Assembly: GCA_023205875.1 (NCBI GenBank)
Contig: CP060762.1
Coordinates: 682,001 to 746,000, forward strand
Direction: 5' to 3'
DNA length: 64,000 nucleotides
From: Chloropicon primus
Taxonomy: Eukaryota
Shown: positions 25,724 through 35,964 of the stretch, piece after piece
Position numbering within the stretch: position 1 is the stretch's first letter
Layout: each line of letters begins with the position of its first letter
Translations under genes and position numbers: made by a program
Notes under the pieces: model-generated
The model's input: the letters and a program-made list of their open reading frames with translations, nothing else
The model's database searches: none
What the model was told of the DNA's origin: nothing

Positions 25724-26619
25724 ATGTTCGCAAACGCAACACGATCGACATCGACGGCGAGGTATGGCGCGAGCGGGAGTGGGAGGACGAGCGGGAGGGC
25801 GCCAAGGCGCTTCGTCAGACGCCTCGGCGCCTCCCCGGCGGCGACCACGGAGGGCGCGACCAGCTCGGAAAGGCTTCTCCGATTGGTCCTAAAAGTCTAT
25901 GAAACAGTAGCAGGATCTGACCGCGGGTTCTCCTACAGGAACAACGCGGACAAGAGGAGAAGCGTCGTCGAAGCCGTCGACGACCTCCTCCGTAGCTCAC
26001 CTGGCGACAGGTGCACCGTGGACTCCGGGCTGTGGAGGCTCGTGTACTCCACAAACTTTGGTTCGGACGAGATCACCAGGGTACGTCGTTTTGGATTATT
26101 CCTCGGTCCGCTTCCCCTCTCCTGACGCCGTCTCTTCTTTTCGCTTCAGGGAGGGACAAGCTCGCAGCCTCCGGGGCTGGGGCAAGTTTACCAGAGGGTG
26201 GACAGGGAGCGTTCTCAATTGGATAACTTAGTCGAGGTTTCCCTCCCCCTCGTGGGAACGAAGGTGACGCTTTGCTTGCAGCACGAGTTGCGTATCGTAG
26301 AGAGTGTCCAGGGCGGGGAAGAGTTCGTCATTACATTTTCAGGTGAGTCAGACGATCGCCCTTTGATCGACTCTGGCTAACATCCGTGTGTGTGTGCGTG
26401 TGTGTGTGTGTGTGTGTGGTCGGCGCAGGCACCAAGGTTTCAGGCGGGGGAATCGAAGTTCCAACGCTGCCGAACGTGCTTCAGATGTTGCCCGACTCCC
26501 TCAGGCCTCAGCAAGAGTTGTCCAGTGCATCCTTCGAGAACGTCTTCTCTGAGGAGGGCCTCAGGATCAGCAAGGGGGATAGGGGCGAGCTTCGCATCTA
26601 TTGCAAAGAGGAGCCATGA
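25724..26619 (+). CDS. Plastid lipid-associated fibrillin (PAP) domain protein (3 exons)
   Basis: Exons 25724-26080, 26150-26342 and 26429-26619 join in frame. GSDRG, GLWRLVYST, GQVYQRVD, LRISKGDRGELRIY. Confidence 0.82.
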
Positions 26620-27014
26620 GCGTCAGTGGTGTGTGTGTAATTTTATGGGCCTCCGCAGCCACCGTGCGGCAAAATCCATCGCTGATATTCCTTCATTCGG
26701 TGCAGTCACCCTTTGAGCATTCCTCCCGAGCATCCCTTCCAATCCACCGTTTCCTTGCTGCCTCCCCGCCCTTGCATCCGAGCAGGAAAGCGAGCGAGCG
26801 AGATCCCGACATCCAAAATCAAGATCCATCAAGAGAGAGCGAGAGTTATCAGTGTGGATTGGAGTCCTCCTCTCCCTCCCCTTTGTACCTCCTCCTCCTG
26901 CCCCATCCATCCATCCATCATCCACCCCTGATCCTCGAGCAGCAGGGGAGAGAGAGAGAGAGAGACGGGTTCGTCTTGGAGCGCGCGCTTTTGCTTTGGG
27001 AGGAGAGGAGAGGT

Positions 27015-28107
27015 ATGGTGTTGCTGGGTTTGGCGAAATGGTTGGCCGGGGTATCGACAGTAGCCTGTGATGGGAATGGTACGGCCGCGGCGTCCGTCAA
27101 GAAGACCGGAGCGAACGAGGACTCCGCGGGAAGCTCTTTCTTCCTCTACGGTGCTGCGGCTGCGAGTACCTTGGCCCTGGCGATCACGGCGGGTTACCAC
27201 TATTATAGTGAAGCGGAGGAGGGATCAGAAGGCTTGGGGCAGGATGCCAAGAACAAGGCGGAGGAGGAGGCCGGAGCGGAGCAGGCCCTCCTGCAAGCAA
27301 GGGAAAGCCTTCACATGGAGTGGACGCAAACCAATGAACTCCACAAGGCGAGCAACGGGCAACTTGGTTTCGAGGCTTGGTACGTGTTGGATCCGGATTC
27401 CTCCTACCACGAATCCATTTCTCGCCGCAATGTCCCGCCCCGTTCTTCGCTTCCTCTTTCTGGACCACCTGCTGCTCTCTCAGGGCCAGGGGCTCACTGA
27501 TCACGAATATACTAATGCTATCCTTTGGTTTCGTCCTGCGCTTGCTCATCGCAGGTGGACAGCTGCTGACGGGAACTCCAAGAAGGCTCTTTTGCAGAGC
27601 GCTCGGGACTTGATGCGCCAGCGCTTGCTGGAGCACCAACCGGATGCTGCGGTGGCTTTGGACGTCCTTTGTCCTGAAATAGGTGATGCCAGGTGAGTCC
27701 CACGACGAGTCTCGCCTCCTGTCTCGGTCAGGGTGGGGTGGGGTAGAGGGGAAATTGCACGGGGCTCGACACTGAACAACGCTTCTCTCTCTCTCTCTCT
27801 CTCTCTCTCTTGCGCGTGGACCAGGTTGGATAGGCTGATTCGGGGGAACGCGCTGGTGGCACTGATAAAGCTGAGGATAACACAAATCGACGCGGTGAGG
27901 AAACACGACGTGAGCTTTGTGCAGGAGAACTTGGCGCAGCAGAATCTGGACGGGAAGATCCAAGGAATTGATGCCGTTGAGGTCTTGTGCGACAACAGGC
28001 AGCTTCTGATGATGACCTTCTTGTGCGATGTGCTCATCCTTTGCAGGCACATGGGGAACTTTCCGAAGATGCTCTCGGAAGAGTCCAAGCATGAAGCTCA
28101 GCAGTGA
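27015..28107 (+). CDS. Uncharacterised protein with one predicted TM helix (3 exons)
   Basis: Exons 27015-27379, 27555-27692 and 27825-28107 join three track ORFs in frame via GTACGT/GTGAGT..CAG introns. Hydrophobic stretch FFLYGAAAASTLALAITAGY. Confidence 0.65.
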
Positions 28108-28226
28108 GCCAGCCGATTAGTCAGTCAAGTTTTTTTTGAGTTTACAGAAAATATTTACACAAACGAATTTACAATCCATCCACAAAAATACATACAACAG
28201 TTAGGAAGACACGCGCGCGTGGCCGT

Positions 28227-29485
28227 TCACTCGCGCTTGAGCTTGGCCTTCTGGGATCTCAGGAACTCCGCCGTGGCCCTCTTCATTCTCTGGCCCTTGT
28301 GCAGCATGTCCCTGTTCGCCTTCTCGATCCTTTCGAACCTGTCCGCCGCAAACCTGCCGAGGGAGCGAGCGGACGTCCTCAGCCTCGCGTGGATTTGGCT
28401 CCCGTCGAACCTCTGCCTGTACGACAGGATCTGGTTCCTCATTCTCGCTCCGAGCTTCTTGCCCCTCTGCTTGCCCACTTGGTAGGACTTGGTCATGATC
28501 CTGCTCATGGTGGGCCACGCTTTCACCCGCTTGCTCTTCCTGCTGCGGTGAACTTGGAAGCTGTACTTGAGCCTCCGCCTCTTCACAGACTTCCACCAGG
28601 CCAGCAGCCAATACATGTTCATCAAGAAGGACAAGGTGCAGACCTTCCAGTACCAGCCTAGGTTGTCGTCCTTCCTCCACAGGAACAAGTTGTACTGCAC
28701 GTAAAGGTGAAAGATGATCCTCGTGACGATGAAGCTCAGGCCAAAGGCGAAGTCGAAGCCTCGATCAAAACTCCCGAGTCTCCCGACCCCGAGAATGAGC
28801 GTGGGAAGCTCCTCGACCAGAGTCATCGCCAAAAGGTTGGTCCTGTTCTCCACCACCAGGTGGATGGACAGAGCCAAGTAGGACACGTGGTGCACGTACC
28901 CCATGACGAGAGACACTTGCTTCCTGTAGTCCAGGCTTCCCACCACCAGTTCGCAGGCCAAGTACGCCATGAAGAACAGCGTGCAGAACCTGCTCGACCT
29001 CGAGCCTCCGGCTACAAAGCCGTACTCCCACTGGTTGTTGACGATCCGGAACAGGGACCGGAAGGACAGCAGCGGGGTCACCACGGAGTTCAGGCACGTC
29101 AGCACCCAGCAGCGCTGCTTCGGCGTTTTGTAGAGCGACCTCCTCGCTGCAAAGTACAGGATGAGGAGGACGGCGCACGAGCAAAGAAAGCTCACGAGGT
29201 CCCACAGGGACAGGCACAACCTCTCCCCCTCGCTGCATCCCACGTCCTCGTACGGGTCGAAGTACTTCCTCCTCGTCCACTCGTCTTCCACTTGAGTCCT
29301 AGTCGCAGCCAAACCAAAACAAACCAAAACGCACGACACGACGTCGTCCGCGCGTCAGTCAATGACAAAGGGGATGGGGATGGAGCGAGGCGCTTGGGGA
29401 TGAGAGCTTACCTCGGGGTGAAGAGAGCCTTGAGGGACTCCCTTGCCGCCCCCACGGCCGCTGTCGTGGCCGCTTTCACCGTCAT
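28227..29485 (-). CDS. TLC (TRAM/LAG1/CLN8) domain membrane protein, TMEM56/TLCD-like (2 exons)
   Basis: Exons 29485-29412 and 29298-28227. FFMAYLACELVVG, GYVHH, EELPTLIL, FIVTRIIFH, MNMYW. Confidence 0.82.
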
Positions 29486-29657
29486 GAGCCGCCCATCGTG
29501 GTCATCACCCAACTCGGTTTTGATCCGCTTGGGAACTCGACTCGCTGAGAGCTGATCAGCAGGGGATGGGGGGAACACGGACGAGGAGCAAGGAGGAGGA
29601 AGGAGGTGTTCCGGATGTATTTTTGTTGTATGTTACAATGTGTATGTTGGGATGGTA

Positions 29658-32600
29658 TTACATGGAGGAGAGTTGCCCAGTCAAAGAGGATGCAGTTGTA
29701 GTTTCGTCCTGGATCTTGGCCTCGATGGACTTCAACTCCTCCTGGAGCTGGTCCTTCTTCAACAGCATTTTCTTCAATGCGGCGTTCTGGAGCACGCCCA
29801 AGGTGCTCACGTGACCTTGGTTGATCCAACTGTTCGTATGGGCCCTCTTGATGGGGTCCTCGTTCCCCTGGTGGCCCGAGTGTTTTGTGTGCGAGTACTC
29901 GGACAAGGAAAGAGCCCACTTCAGGTCCTCCTTCTTGGTGAAGGACAAGAGCAGCCTCCTTGGGATATCCAAGATTTTGGAGAGGGAGTAAGGAGGCGAT
30001 CCCGCATCACCATCCTCGGCCGAGCCGTCGTTGCCACCGCCCTCCTCCACCAACTCCGCGATCCAAGGCAAGCATTGCGTCTTTCTGATCTCCAGCAGGC
30101 GCTGAAGATTCTCGCGGGTCGTGCTCCCCAGGGCCTCGAACAGCAGAGACCTCGGGAGGAGGAGAAGCTCTTCGACGCTCGCCAAGTTGTCCCCACAGAG
30201 CTCGGACATCCAAATGAGGTGCTTCTCTTCGACCGCGACCGCGACGTCCACAAAGGCGATCATCTCCTCCTCCGGGCGAGAGGCCAGGAGTTCCGCGAGC
30301 ATATCGAAGAGGTGCAAGGGGTCCTGGTGCGGGACGCTCAGGGAGACTTTCTTCCATGACAGCAGCATGGCGCGCGGCCTGTCCAAAACATCTTGGAGAG
30401 TCTTGCTCTGCAAGATGTCGGCAAAAAAGCGGCTGAACCTTTCATCACTCTCGTCGTGCAGGGCGAGCAACTTCAAAAGCTCGTCCTCGGTGTCGACCTC
30501 ATCCAAGATCTCCCTTGATATTCCCCGAATCATGGCAAAGTAGTCGCACTTTGCGTCGATGACGGACGACGGAGAGGATTTGGTGCTGACCACTTCATCC
30601 AGCAGGAGCGGAATTTGCGTCTCCTCCAGCTCAACAACGAGGCGGGCGTCCTCGATGGACTCCACGTGGCGCCCAAGTCTTGTTGGGAACCGCTCCACCG
30701 ACCCGATGTCAGCTTTCAGCTCCTCAAGCATCACCAACAACTCATTGTCATGCTTCGCGATCTGGTAAAAGGCGTCGCTCGTAAAGATTCGCCTCGAGAT
30801 GTGTTCGAGTTGGCCAATCCTCAAGATCTCGTCCAACTGGACGCACTGGGGTTCGCTCATCATAAGCTCTTCCACGAGGGCGAGAGGGAGGCCGCACTCG
30901 ATCAATCCCTCGAGATGCTCTTTCTTTTCAACTTTCTCCAGCAACGCCCCGAGGGCAAGAATGTCTTGCAGGGAGATCTCGTCATTGGATTGGAGGACTT
31001 GCTCACTCAGCTCCCTGACCTCGGGCTTTAGTCTCGCCACTGCGGCCAAATCCTTCTCCGTCTCTGCCTGCTGAACAAAGGTGCTCGGAATGTCCTGCAA
31101 GTCCTCCAGCTTGGACCCGGCCGCCATCAACGAACTCATCCAGTTCAGCAAAAGGATGTGGCCAGGCGGTCGCAACCAGTAAGTCCGCATGATTCCTTTG
31201 CCCTTCACATTGGCCTCCCCCCTGTACTGGGTCTGCAGAGCTGGGTCTTGGATTTCCAACCTTTTCTTCGTTTGGCTTGATATCTGGATCATTCCCGATT
31301 GGCTGGTGCTCTCCATCCGGCTCGCAACGTTTACGGAGTCTCCGAACAGGGTATATCTGGGATTCAAATCTCCTACGACGCTCGCCACGACAGGCCCCGA
31401 ATGGATCCCCAACCTGATGTTGATGTAACCAAAGGATTCGTCGAGGGTGGACACTTGGATCGTTCCTGCCACCTCGACCATTTCAAGGGCCATCCTGCAG
31501 ACTCTTGCGGCGTGATCGCTTTGGGCCGCCGGCACTCCTCCTACAACCATGTAAGCGTCCCCGATGGTCTCCACCTTGAAGAGATTGTGCCTTCTCGTAA
31601 GGGCGTCAAAGGCGCTGTAAAGCCTGTCCAGCATCGACATGACCTCCTTCGGAGCAAACGCCGACGAGATCGTCGTGTAGCCCACGATGTCGGAAAACAG
31701 AATGCTGACATCTTCAAAGTGTTCCGGCTCGACTGGCCTTCCCTCTTGCAGCGCAAGGGCGACGTGCTCCGGGAGCATCTTGTTCACCAACTGGACGGAC
31801 CGGTGCAAAGCTCCACCGCCAGAGCGACTCTTTGGGTTCTGGTCCAACCAGGTCTGGAGCTGACCCAAAATTGACCCAAAATCTGGTCGGTCCTCGGGAT
31901 TTTGCGACCAGCACTTTTCCATCAGAACCTGCATCGGGGCAGGGCAGCTTCCGGGCAAAGGAGGTCTAAGACTGCCGTCCTTGATCCCGTCCAGGACGCT
32001 CTCCTCGTCGAAGCCATCGTAAACGTCCGTCCTGGAGAAGGTCTCCCACATTAAGATTCCAAAGCTATAAATGTCGCTCTTTGTCGTGTTGGGCTCCCCC
32101 ACAAGAACCTCTGGCGCGCACCAATAGGGAGTTCCGATGCGGTTGCTCTCGCCCATGGCATCAAGAATTAAGGAATGCCCAAAGTCTCCCACTTTCACCG
32201 TCCATCGATCATCCAGAAGCATGTTCTTGCTCTTGATGTCGGCGTGAATGATTGGCGGCTTCTGGTTGTGGAGAAAGGCCATTCCCTTTGCCACCTCGTG
32301 CAAGAAGGTAACCTGCTGCACTTGGTCTAGGATAACCGTCGGGTTCATCAAGGTGTCCCACAAGGTGCCCCGAGACATGTACTCACTGACGATATAAATC
32401 GAGTCCAAGGGATGCTCACCAAGAAGCGAATCTTCTGTGTGCATGGAAGGAAAGCTGCCCGTGCTCCCATGGGCGCTCCCATTCACCTCTCTCGACTTCG
32501 ATCTCGCACTGAGGGACGACATGCTGCCCCACGTCCTCGTTCTCTTCTTTTCGAGGCCGATGAACGCCCCCATAAATAGGCGGATGTTCGGGTGCCTGAG

Positions 32601-35303
32601 CTTAAAGAGCATCTGGATCTCGTGCTGCAGGACTGTTGCTCCCGATGATCTGTTGCTCTTCCCGCTGCTTCCTGTCCTGCTATTTCGAGAGCCGTCCGCC
32701 CACTTCTTTTCCTCCCGGTCAATTTGTTTGATGACCACGTTCGCTCCTTTGTAAGTGCCTTGAAAAGTTTGCCCCGAGGCGCCCGAGCCAAGCAGTCTAT
32801 GAAATTCCAAATCCTCGAAGTTGATTTTCCACGTGCTCATCAACGCGTCCTCCTTCGTCTTCTTCAAGCGGCTCCAGACAACAAATCCCCCAAGGATGGA
32901 GAGAAGCAGAACTGCACCAAGTATTCCTCCGATTATTCCCCCCAGCTGCCTTTTGTCCTGGAAGGCACCGTTGCCCTCAGCTGCCAACTCAGGTTGAACT
33001 CCGCAAGTTGTCCAAGAAAACTTCTCGAGCTCCTCCGAGTCCGTTCGCAGCCACAAGTTGCTCGCTCCTGAGTTGCAGTAGCCAGGCCCGTCAAGGTAAG
33101 GTCCAAGCTGCAAGCCGTCGATGTTAAAGTATTCCTGGGCGTACACTGTTGAGATGAAATTCTCCCTTCCCTCTTCGATGCCTTGGGGCCTCCCCTCGTT
33201 CAGGTACGCACTCGACAGGACCTGAACCACGAACTGGCCTTGAATGTATCCAAGGAAAGAGGCTTCAGAAGGAATCATTCCCGGGTCATAGCTTTTGAGA
33301 GCAAACTGGAAGCCCTTTACCAAAAGGCTGTCATCCCCCGTGGATCGATTCAAAGCGGGCACGGGACTTGTGGTGACAACTTGACCAGTCCCGTTCAGCA
33401 AGCCAAGCTCCTCCTCGCTCAAAAGGGGTACTCCCACGAACTGAATGCCTGGCGCGGAGCCGAGCACATTGATGGTCTGCTCAACGGGGCACGCGATTAT
33501 GAGTGCCTCCGATCCCTGGACCTTCGCGACGTCCGCGTCAGTGACGCCAGAGGCTGGGGCTGCGGACAAGTCCACAGATGCCCACGCTCCATCGAGTTGG
33601 ATGGATTGAAAATCCCTCGAGCAGAACACAAAACTGGTTTTCTTCGAGTACTCTGTCGAAAAGAGGTGGTACAACGCATACACTTCGTCGTCGCTGGATG
33701 GCTCGATGTTGATCACGTTTTCACAATTCTCTGCGCAATCTCTAAGCTTCATCGACGAGGTGCGTGGCGCAATCAACGGGATCTTCCCGCCGAGGAGAGG
33801 CAGCACTGCCAGAGACGTGTTTGTCCCCACCCACCCGATCAATCCGACAACCCTGTCCTCTTCCAAAAGCTTGAGCGTATTGTCGACAGCCAACTCGGGT
33901 TGATTTTGGTCATCATAAGAGATCACCTCGAGGAGGAATCCCCCCACGCCGCCCGCTAAATTCGCTTCCTGGAAGGCAGCACGAATGCCCGATTGGATTC
34001 CCTCCCCAAGAGCTTTTCCTTCCCCAGACAGGACTGCAGACTGGCCGAACGAAAGGACTTCGGGCTTTGGGGCCTCGTACCCACAGGTTCCGAACTGGAA
34101 ATTGAAGTCAAGCAACTGGTATTCTCCCGACTGGGCGTTCATGTCCGTTAGCCAGATCTCCCTCATTCCCTGGTTGCACTGGCATCCCGTGGATATCTGA
34201 GAGCAGTTGCCGCCGTACGGGCCAAGTCTGAAACTGTCTTCGCCCTCACCGGCGCCGATGTCCACTACCCCGTCATAAATCGTTTCCAGGAAAGCGCCCA
34301 CGTCGTCTCGCATCAGCGAGTCCTCGTCCATCTTCTGAAGGCTCGTCACAGCAAGCCGTCCCGCCATATATCCTTCGTATTCTACGAATCCGGGGTTCAA
34401 CGCGGGATCCAGGGCCTTCAAGGCGCTCTGGAACCTCCTGGTGAGATCCAAGGAGCGGTCCGTCGGCAAGGGCACGACCTGGGACACGACGACCCCCTCC
34501 CTCGAGTTTGCACTGCCCAGCGCCTCGGAGAAGGCATCGGCCCCGACAAAGCTGACTGTGGAGAAGCTGATGTCGTCGTCAGGATACATTTCTTTCGTCT
34601 CGTTGACGAACTTGGCAAGCTGCGTGTACGTGCCGATCATCACGACGGCCTCCGGCGGGATGGGTTTGCTGAAAACCGCGTCGAATCCCCCTTGGATTGA
34701 ATCCGAGTTCCTCTCGTACGTGCCCTCCGAGTACAGCTTGAGGGAGACACCATCGAGCGCCTGCTGCACGCCGGCCAAACCCGCGCCACCGAAGCTGTCG
34801 TTCTGATAAAATATCGATATTCTTGCCTTCTTCTGCTTCTTCACGAAATACTCGATCATAGCGGCCGTCTCGTCGTTGTAACTGCCCCTCACGTTCACCA
34901 CGTCCTCCTTCCAGGGCTGTCTCAGGAACATGGCTCCCGTGAACGGCGCAAGGAAGGGGACGCCGTAGTCCTCCACCAAAGGCAGCACGCTCGCGCTGGT
35001 CGGCGTCCCGACTTCTCCGATGAGAGCGAAGACTTGGTCGTCCTCGATGAGCCTCCGGGTGTTCGCGAGGGCGGGGCCCGGCTCGTAGCCGTCGTCGTAC
35101 GAGATGAGCTCGAGCTCTCGACCTCCGACCTCCCCCGCCTCCTTGAACGCTGCAAGGATGCCGTTTCGCATTCCCTGGCCGAGCGCCCTCGCCGGCCCCG
35201 TCAACGCGCAGCTCTGTCCGAACGTGATCGTCGTCTTGTTCGATGCTCCGGCACAACCCCCCAGGAGCATCAGCAGCACCAGGACCAAGGCCACCCCCCT
35301 CAT
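29658..35303 (-). CDS. Receptor kinase-cyclase: signal peptide, 2x periplasmic-binding (Venus flytrap) domains, TM, Ser/Thr (TKL-like) kinase, class III cyclase, ~500-aa helical tail
   Basis: Single open frame; likely start MRGVALVLVLLMLLGGC at 35303. Two copies of FGQS..L.G....LG..GI.AAF.EA....GG..LE.ISYDD. TM GGIIGGILGAVLLLSILGGFVVW. Kinase motifs GSGASG/VVIK/HADIKSKN/DFG/APE. Cyclase motifs FSDIVG/KVETIGDAYM/RYTLFGDSVNVASRMES. Confidence 0.93.
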   Translation of the reverse strand: MRGVALVLVLLMLLGGCAGASNKTTITFGQSCALTGPARALGQGMRNGILAAFKEAGEVGGRELELISYDDGYEPGPALANTRRLIEDDQVFALIGEVGTPTSASVLPLVEDYGVPFLAPFTGAMFLRQPWKEDVVNVRGSYNDETAAMIEYFVKKQKKARISIFYQNDSFGGAGLAGVQQALDGVSLKLYSEGTYERNSDSIQGGFDAVFSKPIPPEAVVMIGTYTQLAKFVNETKEMYPDDDISFSTVSFVGADAFSEALGSANSREGVVVSQVVPLPTDRSLDLTRRFQSALKALDPALNPGFVEYEGYMAGRLAVTSLQKMDEDSLMRDDVGAFLETIYDGVVDIGAGEGEDSFRLGPYGGNCSQISTGCQCNQGMREIWLTDMNAQSGEYQLLDFNFQFGTCGYEAPKPEVLSFGQSAVLSGEGKALGEGIQSGIRAAFQEANLAGGVGGFLLEVISYDDQNQPELAVDNTLKLLEEDRVVGLIGWVGTNTSLAVLPLLGGKIPLIAPRTSSMKLRDCAENCENVINIEPSSDDEVYALYHLFSTEYSKKTSFVFCSRDFQSIQLDGAWASVDLSAAPASGVTDADVAKVQGSEALIIACPVEQTINVLGSAPGIQFVGVPLLSEEELGLLNGTGQVVTTSPVPALNRSTGDDSLLVKGFQFALKSYDPGMIPSEASFLGYIQGQFVVQVLSSAYLNEGRPQGIEEGRENFISTVYAQEYFNIDGLQLGPYLDGPGYCNSGASNLWLRTDSEELEKFSWTTCGVQPELAAEGNGAFQDKRQLGGIIGGILGAVLLLSILGGFVVWSRLKKTKEDALMSTWKINFEDLEFHRLLGSGASGQTFQGTYKGANVVIKQIDREEKKWADGSRNSRTGSSGKSNRSSGATVLQHEIQMLFKLRHPNIRLFMGAFIGLEKKRTRTWGSMSSLSARSKSREVNGSAHGSTGSFPSMHTEDSLLGEHPLDSIYIVSEYMSRGTLWDTLMNPTVILDQVQQVTFLHEVAKGMAFLHNQKPPIIHADIKSKNMLLDDRWTVKVGDFGHSLILDAMGESNRIGTPYWCAPEVLVGEPNTTKSDIYSFGILMWETFSRTDVYDGFDEESVLDGIKDGSLRPPLPGSCPAPMQVLMEKCWSQNPEDRPDFGSILGQLQTWLDQNPKSRSGGGALHRSVQLVNKMLPEHVALALQEGRPVEPEHFEDVSILFSDIVGYTTISSAFAPKEVMSMLDRLYSAFDALTRRHNLFKVETIGDAYMVVGGVPAAQSDHAARVCRMALEMVEVAGTIQVSTLDESFGYINIRLGIHSGPVVASVVGDLNPRYTLFGDSVNVASRMESTSQSGMIQISSQTKKRLEIQDPALQTQYRGEANVKGKGIMRTYWLRPPGHILLLNWMSSLMAAGSKLEDLQDIPSTFVQQAETEKDLAAVARLKPEVRELSEQVLQSNDEISLQDILALGALLEKVEKKEHLEGLIECGLPLALVEELMMSEPQCVQLDEILRIGQLEHISRRIFTSDAFYQIAKHDNELLVMLEELKADIGSVERFPTRLGRHVESIEDARLVVELEETQIPLLLDEVVSTKSSPSSVIDAKCDYFAMIRGISREILDEVDTEDELLKLLALHDESDERFSRFFADILQSKTLQDVLDRPRAMLLSWKKVSLSVPHQDPLHLFDMLAELLASRPEEEMIAFVDVAVAVEEKHLIWMSELCGDNLASVEELLLLPRSLLFEALGSTTRENLQRLLEIRKTQCLPWIAELVEEGGGNDGSAEDGDAGSPPYSLSKILDIPRRLLLSFTKKEDLKWALSLSEYSHTKHSGHQGNEDPIKRAHTNSWINQGHVSTLGVLQNAALKKMLLKKDQLQEELKSIEAKIQDETTTASSLTGQLSSM

Positions 35304-35912
35304 CCCTCTGCGCTGCTGAAACGAAACTCTATCGCGTTCGTCGCGTCCTTGCCGATTCCTGGTCCAGCAATCCATCCCCAAAGCATCCACCCAACACCAA
35401 GTCTATCCAAACAAAGGAAGGAGAAGAAGGCAAACGTGTTTTGGCCCAAGACAGTGGGCTGCTGCTGCTGCTGCTGCTGCTCCTCTCCTCTGTCGTCCTA
35501 GTTTTCGCTTCGTGGGTCGCGTCGTTGCCGAACCCAGCAGTCACAAAGGGAACGGCAATGGCAATGGCAAGGGGAAGCGCAAGGGGAAGCGCAAGGGGTA
35601 GGGCTTGAGGTTGTTCCTCCGGCCTCTTCCTCTCCTCTTCCTCGCCTCTCCATCGGTTACGACCGGGGTGGTACGAGGAGTGTACGCCCCATTACACCGT
35701 TGACCCTTGATCCCAAGGAAAGGATTAGGATTCAGAAAATTAACAGGCGAGTACGAAGACGAGGACCAGGACGTTGGCGAGGACCTTGGCCGGGAGGGAG
35801 GCAAACGCATTGGCTTGAAGGAAGGGAGGGAGGGATACCCGACCAATCCACGCACCTGCCCGGCCGCCAACTCATTGGGACTTTTTTTTTGTGTTGTTGT
35901 TGGTTTGGCGGA

Positions 35913-35953
35913 ACCTGACCCTGACCCTGACCCTGACCTGACCCTGACCCTGA
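35913..35953 (+). repeat. (CCTGAC)n hexamer microsatellite
   Basis: Tandem cctgac units just upstream of the ATG at 35965. Confidence 0.8.
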
Positions 35954-35964
35954 GGTGACGAAAG

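Noticed and set aside
35304..35390. Track start of the 1910-aa ORF at 35390
   Set aside because: It is a TTG start. The ATG at 35303 directly precedes the signal peptide.
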